Shown here one piece after another: positions 17,452 through 27,325 of a stretch of DNA of 61,592 nucleotides. A program made the translations under genes and the position numbers. This stretch comes from a virus. Lineage: Duplodnaviria; Caudoviricetes. The stretch covers positions 1-61,592 of IMG/VR virus record IMGVR_UViG_3300044629_000651, one strand, 5' to 3'. Numbering within the stretch: position 1 is the stretch's first letter; the number at the start of each line of letters is the position of its first letter. The notes beneath the pieces were generated by a model. It was not told the DNA's origin, ran no database searches, and was given only the letters and a program-made list of their open reading frames with translations.

Positions 17452-18552
17452 ATGCACAAAGAACTCGTTGATATTCTGTCCCTCAAGCGGGGACACGGCT
17501 CGGTCGGCGAACGCAAGTTCCTCGAACAGTTCATCACTCCGCTCGAACCTGTCGTCCACATCAACCCCGACGACCAGACCGTCGCGGCGTACAGCGTCGT
17601 CATCCCTGCCGCCGACGGCACGGCTTGCCCCGTCCTCTGGTCTTGCCACGTCGACACCGTCCATGACCCCAAGGACGATGCCAAGCAACTCGCCCTGTAC
17701 GATGCCGGGACATCCCTGTTCTACAAGCAGGACGGCAAGCCTCTCGGTGCTGACGACGGCGCAGGGGTGTGGCTGTTCCTGCAGATGATCGACCGCAACG
17801 TACCGGGAACCTACCTGTTCCACCGGGGCGAGGAGCGCGGCGGCATTGGTAGCAAAGCGATGGCGAAGCACCACTCCGGCTTCATCAAGACCCACACCCA
17901 TGCCATCGCATTCGACCGGCGCGACACCTGCTCCGTCATCACTCACCAGTCCCGTGGTCGTTGCTGCTCGGACAAGTTCGCTACCCACTTCGCCGTCCTT
18001 CTCAGCGACTCAGTGTATGGACTCAAGCCCGACTCCGGTGGCATCTACACCGACACGGCGGAATACACGGGGCTGGTCGGCGAGTGCACCAACGTCAGTG
18101 TCGGGTACTTCAACGAACATGGTGGCAGCGAGGTGCTGGACATGGAGTATCTCAGCTGGCTCCTTGACCGTCTGCTCAACCTCGACATTGCCACAATTCA
18201 TTCCGTCAGCGAGCGCAATGCCGGTGACCCTGATCCTGACTGGCTCGGTCGTTATGCTGGGTACTACAAGGGGTATGGGGCTGCTTACGACGACAACTGG
18301 ACGAATTACCGTGGCCTGTCCCTCGTCCCTGACGAGGATGAGTTCCAGTACGACGCCTATCGAGACCACACTGACGTGACCAAGCTCACCACCAAGGCAC
18401 TCACCAAGTGGGTGCGGAAAGCTGACACCCGTGACATCGTCGAGTTGATCCAGTCCCTTGCCGACGATGCAGCGTACTTCGCCGACGAGTTGATGCAGCT
18501 TGAGGTGGACGCCGCTACCGACACCACTACCCTTGATGAGGACGCAGCATGA
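17452..18552 (+). CDS. M20/M28-family zinc peptidase
   Basis: HVDTVH, GADDGAG, GEERGGIGS, AFDR, GY.NEH metal-binding motifs. Confidence 0.85.
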   Translation: MHKELVDILSLKRGHGSVGERKFLEQFITPLEPVVHINPDDQTVAAYSVVIPAADGTACPVLWSCHVDTVHDPKDDAKQLALYDAGTSLFYKQDGKPLGADDGAGVWLFLQMIDRNVPGTYLFHRGEERGGIGSKAMAKHHSGFIKTHTHAIAFDRRDTCSVITHQSRGRCCSDKFATHFAVLLSDSVYGLKPDSGGIYTDTAEYTGLVGECTNVSVGYFNEHGGSEVLDMEYLSWLLDRLLNLDIATIHSVSERNAGDPDPDWLGRYAGYYKGYGAAYDDNWTNYRGLSLVPDEDEFQYDAYRDHTDVTKLTTKALTKWVRKADTRDIVELIQSLADDAAYFADELMQLEVDAATDTTTLDEDAA

Positions 18553-18893
18553 AAACATCTGAATTGATTGGCCCCGATCTTGATTGGGCGGTGGCGAAGG
18601 CGAAAGGGGTAAGACTTTCAGCATTACAAGATCATGGGCATTTCGAGGTCCATTTTGCAGATGAAAACGGCGGCGAAATTTATTCACCATCGACCGACTG
18701 GGCGCAAGGTGGCCCGATCATTGAAAGGGAGAAGATCGCCACGGTTTATCGAGCAGGGGAATACTGGCTGTCTTACACGTTTGATGGTGCAGAGTTCGAA
18801 GGTATCGGCCCCACCCCGCTCGTCGCAGCCATGCGCTGCTACGTGTCATCGAAGTTGGGCAACGAGATTGACGTACCGGAGGGACTGAAATGA
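18549..18893 (+). CDS. NinX/DUF2591-family protein
   Basis: LDWAVAKA, YSPSTDWAQGGPIIE, GPTPLVAAMRCYV. Confidence 0.8.
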   Translation: MKTSELIGPDLDWAVAKAKGVRLSALQDHGHFEVHFADENGGEIYSPSTDWAQGGPIIEREKIATVYRAGEYWLSYTFDGAEFEGIGPTPLVAAMRCYVSSKLGNEIDVPEGLK

Positions 18894-19096
18894 CACCCGA
18901 GCAACGCAAGAAACTGGTCGAAGGATACCTGCCCTACCTTGACAACCACTGCCCGAAGCAGGGCAAGAAGCGCGACGAGATGGAGCAGGCAATCATGGTG
19001 GGTGCATTGGCCTATGCCACGGCACTCGAAACGCAGGAAGTGTTCTTGACCCTGCTGCTGATGAGCGGCAGGTTACTTACGGAGGAAGTGAAATGA
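18890..19096 (+). CDS. Hypothetical protein
   Basis: 68 aa, ATGA-coupled on both sides. Confidence 0.65.
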   Translation: MTPEQRKKLVEGYLPYLDNHCPKQGKKRDEMEQAIMVGALAYATALETQEVFLTLLLMSGRLLTEEVK

Positions 19097-19311
19097 CCGT
19101 ACTTGATTCCTGCAAAACAGGAGCGTACTATTACGACTCCAACCGAGAGAAGATTTACTTCAAGGACATTGCCAAGGCAATCCGAAACCAGCACCCCAAG
19201 CTCGAAGGGCAGCACATCTTCGCCCAGCTTGACGCCCTCGGCTTGCGTGCTGGTTTCAACAAGGGGGAAACCCCTTGTGCTTTGCCCTACTCATTCACTG
19301 ACATTCACTGA
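19093..19311 (+). CDS. Hypothetical protein
   Basis: 72 aa, GGAGG RBS. Confidence 0.6.
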   Translation: MTVLDSCKTGAYYYDSNREKIYFKDIAKAIRNQHPKLEGQHIFAQLDALGLRAGFNKGETPCALPYSFTDIH

Positions 19312-19323
19312 AAGGAAATCAAA

Positions 19324-20271
19324 ATGGCTGATCTCGTAGAGAGCATGGTTCGCAACGCGGACACCGCCCAGTCGTGGCACAACAAGGAAACTACCATCCC
19401 CGCAGACGCTCCGTTCGACGCGTGGTTCGACGCCAGCGGCTTGAACTGGAAGGCGTGCCGCAGCAAAGTACGCTTCTGCACCGACCGCATCGGCACCATA
19501 GCGGAGATGCCGGAGAAGCATGTCATCTTCCGCGGCGACACACTCAAGCCCCTTGCCATCGTCGGCGAGGACTACCGCATCGTGCAACCCCGTGAGATTC
19601 TGGAGTTCTTCCGCGAGTTCTGCGCATCCAATCAACTCATCATGGACACGGCAGGCGTGCTCGCAGGAGGCCGGAGGGTCTGGGCACTGGCTCGCACCGG
19701 CACGGAGGTTGTCATCGGCGGCAAGGATATCGTCAAGCAGTACATCCTGCTGGCCACCAGCTATGACACCAGCCTCGCCACCATCGCCAAGCACACCAGC
19801 GTCCGTGTCGTGTGCAACAACACCCTCACCATCGCTGCCAACAACTCGGAAGCCAGCATCCGTGTCCCGCACTCGGCGGTATTCAATGCATCGCAAGCGC
19901 AACTCAGTCTCGGCCTGTTGGCGGAGGACTTCGCGCAGTTCGGGGTGTATGCCAATGCGCTGCACAAGCAGCACGTTGAGCCGAGCGTGGCGGCACGCTG
20001 GTATGCCGAGTTGCTCAAGGATCGGGAGGTAACCGACGAGGAGTTCGCTGAACTCATGGATAACCGTGTTCTGCGTGGGCTGATGAAGTCGTACCAGTCT
20101 GCGCCCGGAGCGGAGGCCACCACATGGGGCTTGGTAAATGGGGCAACGGCATTCGTCGATCACGTCAGGGGGCGCAGCTACGACACTCGGATGAACGCGG
20201 CATGGTTCGGTGCCGGAGCCAACCTCAAGGAGCAGGCGTGGCAGAAAGCAACTGGCGGGGTGATGGTATGA
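19324..20271 (+). CDS. DUF932 (phage/plasmid-like TIGR03299) protein
   Basis: WH, Y.IVQP.E, TAGVL.GGRRVWALA, TSVRVVCNNTL, T.WGLVN..T.F.DH. Confidence 0.85.
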   Translation: MADLVESMVRNADTAQSWHNKETTIPADAPFDAWFDASGLNWKACRSKVRFCTDRIGTIAEMPEKHVIFRGDTLKPLAIVGEDYRIVQPREILEFFREFCASNQLIMDTAGVLAGGRRVWALARTGTEVVIGGKDIVKQYILLATSYDTSLATIAKHTSVRVVCNNTLTIAANNSEASIRVPHSAVFNASQAQLSLGLLAEDFAQFGVYANALHKQHVEPSVAARWYAELLKDREVTDEEFAELMDNRVLRGLMKSYQSAPGAEATTWGLVNGATAFVDHVRGRSYDTRMNAAWFGAGANLKEQAWQKATGGVMV

Positions 20272-20549
20272 CAATCAAATCCATAGAGGACCGTGTCATC
20301 CGCATCGAGTCGAAGCTGACTCGGGCAATGCGCGGGCTGGGCATGGATGCGGAGGGCAATCCCCTTGTGGGTACGGTGCTTATCGACGAGGACACGACCA
20401 ACGCGATACTGGATGCGCTGGATGGGTACATGAACCTGATGGACAAGCACGATGGCGTGACGTTCGTCGAGCGCCCCGAGTACAACACGACGGAAGCCTT
20501 GTATAACAAGCTACTCGACTTGAGGAACGCCCGATGGAAGAACAACTAG
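20268..20549 (+). CDS. Hypothetical protein
   Basis: MTIKSIEDR..., ATGA overlap. Confidence 0.65.
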   Translation: MTIKSIEDRVIRIESKLTRAMRGLGMDAEGNPLVGTVLIDEDTTNAILDALDGYMNLMDKHDGVTFVERPEYNTTEALYNKLLDLRNARWKNN

Positions 20550-20860
20550 ACCTATACGCCCGCTTCGATGCGCACGACTCGGCGGAGGACTTGCAAGCGA
20601 GGCTGCTTGAGGACGACGAGATGTGCGCGCTGACGGAGTTCTACAACTCGATGGAAAAGTTCAAGTGCGAAGCGTACGTCGCCCTTGAAATCGTTGGTAT
20701 CGGCATCCTGCGGGAGGTATTCGTGTGGGAAATGCCTGACACCAGTGTCCTCGTCGTGGGGTGGAAGTCGGAGGATGAGATAGCAGTAGGAGTCCTCGCC
20801 CCCGGCGCAACCTTCACCCCTGTGCCGTACGCAAACGGCCAGATTCAAACCCTTCATTGA
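20534..20860 (+). CDS. Hypothetical protein
   Basis: 108 aa, GAGG RBS. Confidence 0.6.
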   Translation: MEEQLDLYARFDAHDSAEDLQARLLEDDEMCALTEFYNSMEKFKCEAYVALEIVGIGILREVFVWEMPDTSVLVVGWKSEDEIAVGVLAPGATFTPVPYANGQIQTLH

Positions 20861-20872
20861 CAGGAGAACAGC

Positions 20873-21169
20873 ATGGCAAACGTGAATCACCCCGGCATTC
20901 TGGAAGAAGCACACGTCATAATTTTTGGTGATCGAGAAAAAACTTATGGCAACCCGGCGAAGAACTTGGAGAACATCGCCAATCTGTGGGAGATGTACCT
21001 GCGTGGCAAGGGCATCATCGACGAGGACTGCGACGGGCTGTTCGCCCAAGACGTGGCGTTGATGATGATCCTGCTGAAGACGGCGCGACTGATCAACACC
21101 CCTGACCACCGTGACTCTCTGGTTGACATCTGCGGCTACGCTGCACTCATTGAGCGCATCAAGAAATGA
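20873..21169 (+). CDS. DUF6378-like protein
   Basis: GDRE..YG.P..N...IA.LW..YL...DVA.MM..LK.AR......DS.VDI.GYA. Confidence 0.8.
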   Translation: MANVNHPGILEEAHVIIFGDREKTYGNPAKNLENIANLWEMYLRGKGIIDEDCDGLFAQDVALMMILLKTARLINTPDHRDSLVDICGYAALIERIKK

Positions 21170-21320
21170 TCCGCCGTAACTACGAACCCGACAGGGTTCA
21201 ATGCCAAGCACTCAAGACCGACGGCAAACGCTGCACCCAGATAGCAACTTACTCGAATGGAGGCAAAGCCCTCTGCCAGCGCCATCATCTGATGATAATC
21301 AAGTCCAAGGAGAAACAGAA

Positions 21321-21677
21321 ATGATAGAGATTCAAGCCAAGCAACTCGTCCGTGCCATGCAGGTTCTCGACATGCTCAACTGCGAGTACGCAATCAAGAC
21401 CCCGGACGGGGAGGTATTCGGTGTGCTCAAGATCGCCGAACCGGAGAAGCCCAAGCGCAAGCACAAGAACCCGCGCAAGGATTACTCCCTGTACTGCATC
21501 CCCGACCGTGTCGGGGCCATGAAGGTCGGCGACGTGGAGGTGTTAAAGCCCCTCGAAGGGGACACGGTATCGCAACTGGCCAGCAACGTCTCGTCGCACG
21601 GGATTACCCGGTACGGCAAGGGCAACTTCACCACAACCACTGCCAACGGCGAGTGCCAGTGCATGAGGTTGGCATGA
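21321..21677 (+). CDS. Hypothetical, possibly DNA-binding protein
   Basis: AAGGAG RBS; MKVGD motif similar to the 26616 ORF. Confidence 0.65.
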   Translation: MIEIQAKQLVRAMQVLDMLNCEYAIKTPDGEVFGVLKIAEPEKPKRKHKNPRKDYSLYCIPDRVGAMKVGDVEVLKPLEGDTVSQLASNVSSHGITRYGKGNFTTTTANGECQCMRLA

Positions 21678-21985
21678 GCGCACAAAACATCACCGTCAGT
21701 CAACGCCCCGGCGTTGCCCTCTACGATGTGTGGATCAACAGCACCCACGTTATCCTGTCAACCGATGAACTGATCGCCCTGCACAACGTAGTGCTTGCGG
21801 CGTTGAGGAGTTGAGATGAAAACCAAGGAAGCAGATAAAGCGCACGAGGTATCGGAGCTTTTCCAAGACCTAATCGTGTCGATGGGTGTCACGCTGTTAT
21901 CCGGCCTGACTAAAGAGCAGCAGGAGTATGTGCTGACGAAAGCCCACGACGAGTTCCGTTTCTGGCGCATTGAGGAGGAGTTGAG

Positions 21986-22216
21986 ATGAGCAAAGACACA
22001 GGAGGGACGGCATTTCCCGTGTATCCACGGAATGACGGGCGGGAGGTCGTGGGAGCACTCGGCATGACCCTGCGCGACTACTTTGCGGCGAAGGCACTAC
22101 CAGAACTCGTGGTGCTGTGCGCTAGCGATAACCCGGGGGACAAGACCTACCAAGAACATGTCGCCGGGCACGCTTACTTGTTGGCCGACGCAATGTTACT
22201 GGAGCGCGAGAAATGA
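21986..22216 (+). CDS. Conserved small phage protein
   Basis: GG.AFP...GMTLRDYFAAKA...AY..ADAML motif. Confidence 0.8.
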   Translation: MSKDTGGTAFPVYPRNDGREVVGALGMTLRDYFAAKALPELVVLCASDNPGDKTYQEHVAGHAYLLADAMLLEREK

Positions 22217-22425
22217 AACTCCCCCACAGGCAAGCACCAAGCGGTGTTGAGTGGCTGATCCTCTGCATCGGCCTAGCCGGTGTGCTGGTGCTCTACACGA
22301 TCACGCTGCACAACTACTCATTCGCCAAGGGTGTGCAGTCCGTAGCACCATGCGTCAAAGCGAAGCCGATGAGCCGCGTTGCGATGATGCGGTGGATTCG
22401 ATTCGAGAAAGCGAAGGGGGTGTGA
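22213..22425 (+). CDS. Small membrane protein
   Basis: One hydrophobic segment; ATGA-coupled. Confidence 0.55.
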   Translation: MKLPHRQAPSGVEWLILCIGLAGVLVLYTITLHNYSFAKGVQSVAPCVKAKPMSRVAMMRWIRFEKAKGV

Positions 22426-22566
22426 GATGAACAAAGAACTAGCACTACGTCTTCTGATGCTGCTGTCAGCACTTGAGTCATGGGGATTCTCTACGAAGAA
22501 TATGTTCCCTGACTTCCTGCATGAAGAACTGAACGCGCTGATGGACGAACTGCGGAAGGAGTTGCT

Positions 22567-23175
22567 ATGAGCCGGGAACTATTGAAGCAGGCGCTCCGTG
22601 CCTTAGAAGATTTCGATAAGCACACCAAAGGGGTGATGATCCCGTCAACTAGAAATCAAGGAAGTGACGCCATCACCGCAATCCGCGCCCACCTCGACAC
22701 ACCGGAGCAGGAGCCTGTTGCTAAAGTTGTTGATGCCGGTGGAATCTGCCATTTCCCCAAACTACAGTGGAGGTCTGCGAACCATTCGCTTGAGACTCCA
22801 ATCGGTAGCAAACTCTACCTCCACCCCGCACCTATCCCTCCCGGCTGGCTTCGTGCAGTCGATGAAGCAATGGTAGGTAGCCATCTCGGAGTAGCAGATG
22901 CATCCGACAGCTACGAAGTCGCTAAGAAGAAACTGAATGATCTGATCTGCTGGAACATTGACGTGGCTACCGATCCTGCTGTGAATGGCGGCATGGTGCT
23001 TGTGCCGGAGGAGCCGCATTTCAAAGATGTAGATGTTGAGTGGTTGCGTTCTGTGTTGCGTCACGCTGACAAGAATCCTGATTATTTTCCAGAAGTCCAA
23101 GCAGGCAAATACACACTTGACGGGGATTCTGCTGAAGTGATTGCGGAACTCTACGCCGCAGCGAAAGGAGAATGA
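22567..23175 (+). CDS. Mosaic hypothetical phage protein
   Basis: 202 aa; ELLKQAL.AL and QEPVA modules typical of proteobacterial phage early genes. Confidence 0.7.
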   Translation: MSRELLKQALRALEDFDKHTKGVMIPSTRNQGSDAITAIRAHLDTPEQEPVAKVVDAGGICHFPKLQWRSANHSLETPIGSKLYLHPAPIPPGWLRAVDEAMVGSHLGVADASDSYEVAKKKLNDLICWNIDVATDPAVNGGMVLVPEEPHFKDVDVEWLRSVLRHADKNPDYFPEVQAGKYTLDGDSAEVIAELYAAAKGE

Positions 23176-23387
23176 AGATGATTCCTGACTACAAGCACAC
23201 GGCTCCTACCGAAAGCATATTCACCATCAACACGCCAGAGAAATCCGAATGGACGTGCCACCTGTTCGGCAGCAAGCCGGGAGGTTGTGGGCTTATTTAC
23301 TGGCCGCGCAAAGGGCAAGTCCCAAACTGGTTCGTGCGCTGGATGATGAAGGTGTGCTTCGATTGTACTTGGGTGAAGGGAGAATGA
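23172..23387 (+). CDS. Hypothetical protein flanked by a 15-bp direct repeat
   Basis: 71 aa; GGAGAATGAAGATGA at 23167 and 23379. Confidence 0.65.
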   Translation: MKMIPDYKHTAPTESIFTINTPEKSEWTCHLFGSKPGGCGLIYWPRKGQVPNWFVRWMMKVCFDCTWVKGE

Positions 23388-23929
23388 AGATGACTATTGA
23401 ATGCCAACATGGGCTACTTGCCAGAGTATGCGAACTGTGTGAGCGAGACACCGAAATCATTATTCTCCGCGACAAGGTGGAGGAACTTCAAGGCGCTCCA
23501 GATGTACTGGTACAGAACGCTGCACTTACTGGGGAGAACATGATCCTGCTGCGGAAGGTGGGGGAACTGACGCAGGAGCGCGACCACTACAAGGAAATGG
23601 ACGCACTGCACATCCAGTCGCTTGGGTTGAAGTCGGAAGAACTCGCCGCCAGCCAAGCCCGTGAAGCAGCACTGCGGGAGGCGTTGGGAACTATCGCCCA
23701 CTACGACAATTGGGGTGAAGATGGTTGTTGGGAATCTGACAGTTACCCTGACGAGATAGCCATTGCCGCTCTCGCCACCTCATCCGGCACCACCGCACTC
23801 GACCGAGCCTGCAAGCTGTATGCGGCGGGGGTGTTGCGCGAGTTATGCAAGTTCGCGGCGACGCATCAGTGCAACTTTGATCTGTGGCTGCTAGACAAGG
23901 CCGAACAACTTCGCAAGGAGGCTGAGTGA
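23384..23929 (+). CDS. Hypothetical coiled-coil protein
   Basis: C.HG.L.R.C..C N-terminal motif followed by coiled coil. Confidence 0.65.
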   Translation: MKMTIECQHGLLARVCELCERDTEIIILRDKVEELQGAPDVLVQNAALTGENMILLRKVGELTQERDHYKEMDALHIQSLGLKSEELAASQAREAALREALGTIAHYDNWGEDGCWESDSYPDEIAIAALATSSGTTALDRACKLYAAGVLRELCKFAATHQCNFDLWLLDKAEQLRKEAE

Positions 23930-25049
23930 TGGCCGGACTACCAACAACAGAAATGAAACCCGGTGGCGGATACGTCATGTGTCTGCACGACCAGATCAAG
24001 CACCTCGAAGCCGAGAACGCGAAACTGCGGAAGGCACTTGAGTACATCAGGGAGCATCGCCTGTGGATCAACTCGCACTGCAAGGCGGTAGTCGAAACTG
24101 CATTGAAGGAGGCGCAATCGTGACCGACGAGGAAATCATTGAAGTAGCGAAGCAGTTATATGGTGACGATCTAACAGAAGCACAATTGCGCAACCACAAG
24201 ACAATAACATTCGCCCGACTCATCGCCGCCAAGCAGCGGGAGATTGATGCTGCGTTGTGTGAGGCTGAAGAACCTTGGGGGAACGAAGCTGACGCTTGGG
24301 CCGAGAAGTGTTTGCGTAAAGCCGCCGCCGCCATCAGGAGCCAGAAATGAAGAAACTAAACCTAAAGCGCATAGCCGCTGCTGATGACAAGATTGCTGCC
24401 GCAGCAGACGAGATGATTAAGGGACCGATGTACTTCATCGAAGCGATCCTGCGCAAGCATGAGCAGGCTGTGCTGGAAGTGATGGCCGAGCAGCAGGAAG
24501 AGATTCAGCGGCTGCACCATGCCCTTGAGAACTGCGGCCTCTTGGCAGCGAGAAACCGTGATGTCGCTTGGGCAAGGACGATTCTTGGGTTTTGTGCTGA
24601 AGCCGGTGTTGCCGTGAGCACGACACGATGACTCCCCTCGAAAAGAAGATCAAGCGCACCCCTTGGAAGTATTGCAAGGAGTGCAAGTGCGAAATCAAAA
24701 GCCCAACGGGTTACTGCCATGAGCACTGGCGCGGTGATCGCTGGACGGCGCAACCTTACGGACTTGGCAACGCACCGGCTGAGTTCAAATTCACACCATC
24801 AGAAGGGAGAATGAAATGAACTTCTACTGCCAGATACTCCCCGAAGATGATGGTCGCCGTGAGCAACCAATACCTGAACGGCTTGCTGATGTTGAGGCAG
24901 CAGGGCACCGGCTTGCGCTTGAATTGGAATGCCTGCTGATGGACACCAAAGACCTGCCGATACAGAGCCGCTGGTGGGACACGGCGATGGATGCTCTGAC
25001 CGCATGGCAAACCCTTTACCCGTACAACGGGCCGAGATTGGGAGACTGA
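23926..25049 (+). other. Run of five small translationally coupled hypothetical genes (23926-24123, 24120-24350, 24347-24631, 24628-24819, 24816-25049)
   Basis: Consecutive RTGA start/stop overlaps with purine-rich RBSs. Confidence 0.65.
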
Positions 25050-25217
25050 AATGATCCACTTCTACCGCCTCATGCTTTACCTCACCCAACTGGAACTGGC
25101 CTACTTCAAGAAGCACGTCCACAGTTCCAAACACATCGCGGCACTCATCGCTGACGAACAGCGGTGGGAGAAGGCGTTGTGGGATTGCAAGAACCCGTTG
25201 ATACTTGGAGAATGGAA

Positions 25218-25514
25218 ATGACACAGTACAGGAAGAAACCAGTAGTGATTGAAGCGTTCCAGATGACCGAGGCTCGCCGCATGGACAACAGCGAATGGCC
25301 AAACTGGTTGAATCAGGCGTGGAACAAGAGGGAAGGAGAAGTTGGCGCGCTGTTCCGCAAGGACATGGACGCTGAACTTCCCGACCTGTTGTGCATTCAA
25401 ACGCTTGAAGGCATCCACCTTGTGACTTGGGGCGATTGGATTATTCAAGGCGTCAAGGGCGAACTGTACCCCTGCAAGCCCGACATCTTCGAGATGACCT
25501 ACGAACCGGCTTAA
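25218..25514 (+). CDS. Conserved phage protein (PGDYG-like)
   Basis: YRKKPVVIEA...TLEG....GDWII.GV.GE.YPCKPDIFE.TYE. Confidence 0.85.
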   Translation: MTQYRKKPVVIEAFQMTEARRMDNSEWPNWLNQAWNKREGEVGALFRKDMDAELPDLLCIQTLEGIHLVTWGDWIIQGVKGELYPCKPDIFEMTYEPA

Positions 25515-25605
25515 CTACGAACCCTCGCCCCCGCTGCGACTCCTTCAACCGTTTGAGGGTATCGGTGAGACAGCGGTGTGGCGGGGGCTTTTTATGGAGA
25601 ACCAC

Positions 25606-25890
25606 ATGACATACCAATTCAAGACAACGATCTACGCAACGGATCAGGACGGCGGCGACGTGGAGGTGGATGTCCGCATCCATTACGACGCGCATTACCA
25701 AGCGGCCTTCACCACAGGACTGCCGGAGAACTGCTACCCCGAGGATGGGGAACTCACCATCACGGAGGTGGAGACGCTGCATGACTTGCCGCTCGGTATC
25801 ACAGAGGACATGGTGACGCTGGCGGCGGAGGCCGACTCCGAGCGGCTGATACAAGAAGCGTGGGAGGATTTCTTCGGGGCAGATGAATAA
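25606..25890 (+). CDS. Acidic hypothetical protein
   Basis: GGAGA RBS; G.PE.CYPE.GE motif. Confidence 0.7.
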   Translation: MTYQFKTTIYATDQDGGDVEVDVRIHYDAHYQAAFTTGLPENCYPEDGELTITEVETLHDLPLGITEDMVTLAAEADSERLIQEAWEDFFGADE

Positions 25891-26112
25891 CATGACACAT
25901 GCTTACACAGTACCGGCGCATCCTTGCCCGCCCGACTGGCCCATCCTGCTGCAACAACTACATATCTCCCACACAAACACAACGCGAAGTTGCGCTCACT
26001 GCGGGGGATTGTTTGACGTGCTTACTATCCACACACGAAAGCGGTATTGCACCAAATCGTGCCGTCAGAATTCCGAAGCGGCACTGAAACGAGCGAAGCG
26101 AAAGGTGCTCTC

Positions 26113-26142
26113 TTGCAAACCGGCACCGTAATGTTTTATACT
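26113..26142 (+). promoter_or_regulatory. Possible sigma70-like promoter for the replication operon
   Basis: TTGCAA-18 nt-TATACT upstream of dUTPase. Confidence 0.5.
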
Positions 26143-26170
26143 CACCACATCGAGAACAGAGAGGTCACCC

Positions 26171-26614
26171 ATGAGGGTAAAAATCAAGCGGCTCCATCCG
26201 GAGGCGAAACTTCCTGCGTACATGCGTCCGGGAGATTCTGCAATGGACTTGTTCGCACGGCTGGATGAGCCGCTGCGGATTCCCCCCGGCGAACGCCGGA
26301 TCGTGCAGTGCGGTATAGCGGTGGAGGTGCCGGATGGTTACGGCATGTTCATCGTCCCGCGTAGCGGGTTGTCTGTCCGGCATGGGGTCACGGTGCATAA
26401 CGCCCCGGGGCTGGTCGATAGCAACTACCGTGGCGAGGTGCGGGTCATCGTGCATAACGAGATGCGGACGTTCAACGAATCCTTCGAGGTCACCCCCGGT
26501 GCGCGGATCGCGCAGATCGTGATACTGCCTATACCTATCGTCGACTGGGACGAGGTAGATGTGCTGTCCGAGTCTGCGCGTGGCGACAAGGGCTTTGGCT
26601 CAACCGGGGTGTGA
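26171..26614 (+). CDS. dut: Trimeric dUTPase
   Basis: AMDL, PRSGL, GLVDSNYRGE, RIAQ, RGDKGFGSTG (all five motifs). Confidence 0.95.
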   Translation: MRVKIKRLHPEAKLPAYMRPGDSAMDLFARLDEPLRIPPGERRIVQCGIAVEVPDGYGMFIVPRSGLSVRHGVTVHNAPGLVDSNYRGEVRVIVHNEMRTFNESFEVTPGARIAQIVILPIPIVDWDEVDVLSESARGDKGFGSTGV

Positions 26615-26615
26615 C

Positions 26616-26867
26616 ATGGACATCCCCATCGAATCCGGGGTGGAACTCCCCGCCATCACCCGCCCTCGTACCAAGGAACCGCTCTACCCCTTCGACAAGA
26701 TGAAGGTCGGGCAGTCGTTCGTCGTCCCCTTGGACGGCGACCCGGAGGAGCAGGTACTCAACCGGCTCCGCACCGCAGTGAATCGCTACACCAAACAACA
26801 GTCGGGTACTGTCAAATTTACCGTGCGAGCCATGCCCGATGGCGTCCGCACATGGAGACTAGCATGA
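26616..26867 (+). CDS. Small putative DNA-binding protein
   Basis: IESGV.LP...YPF..M.VG.SF...GVR.WR motif. Confidence 0.7.
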   Translation: MDIPIESGVELPAITRPRTKEPLYPFDKMKVGQSFVVPLDGDPEEQVLNRLRTAVNRYTKQQSGTVKFTVRAMPDGVRTWRLA

Positions 26868-27124
26868 GCATGAACACAAAACTGGTGGCGCTGAAGGCGG
26901 CGCTGATGGACGCTGGTGTCACCTGCGACAACAACATGGATGCCGTGCTTGATGCGGCTACGAAGTACATCAAATCCCCTGCCGCAATCAACCCCATCCC
27001 GGTTATCCAAACCGATGCCCATTCTTCTGGGCCGCAGTTCGACGTGCCCGGGGAAGACGACCGTGAGTTCGTGGCAAGCCCGCCCGCCAAGCCCAAGGCA
27101 AAGGCCACCAAGAAGCAGAAGTAA
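26864..27124 (+). CDS. Hypothetical protein
   Basis: GGAG RBS, ATGA overlap, basic tail. Confidence 0.6.
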   Translation: MSMNTKLVALKAALMDAGVTCDNNMDAVLDAATKYIKSPAAINPIPVIQTDAHSSGPQFDVPGEDDREFVASPPAKPKAKATKKQK

Positions 27125-27139
27125 CCCGAGGAGAATCAC

Positions 27140-27325
27140 ATGAGCACACCTACTGGCTTCGAAGGGTACAAGCTATCCGAACTGGAGCGCATTGCCTACG
27201 ACACACAGAACTTTCTGGCGCAGGAAATCCTGACCCGCTGCGCCACAACCACGATGGAGGACGAGTACCAGATGGAAGCTGCGGCCAAGAATCGCACACC
27301 GTACGTCGGAGGGAAGCCCACATGA
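27140..27325 (+). CDS. Hypothetical protein
   Basis: 61 aa, GAGGAG RBS, coupled to the polymerase start. Confidence 0.65.
   Translation: MSTPTGFEGYKLSELERIAYDTQNFLAQEILTRCATTTMEDEYQMEAAAKNRTPYVGGKPT

Noticed and set aside
15838-17988. 716-aa minus-strand ORF opposite early genes
   Set aside because: Shadow of the C-ending codon bias of the plus-strand genes.
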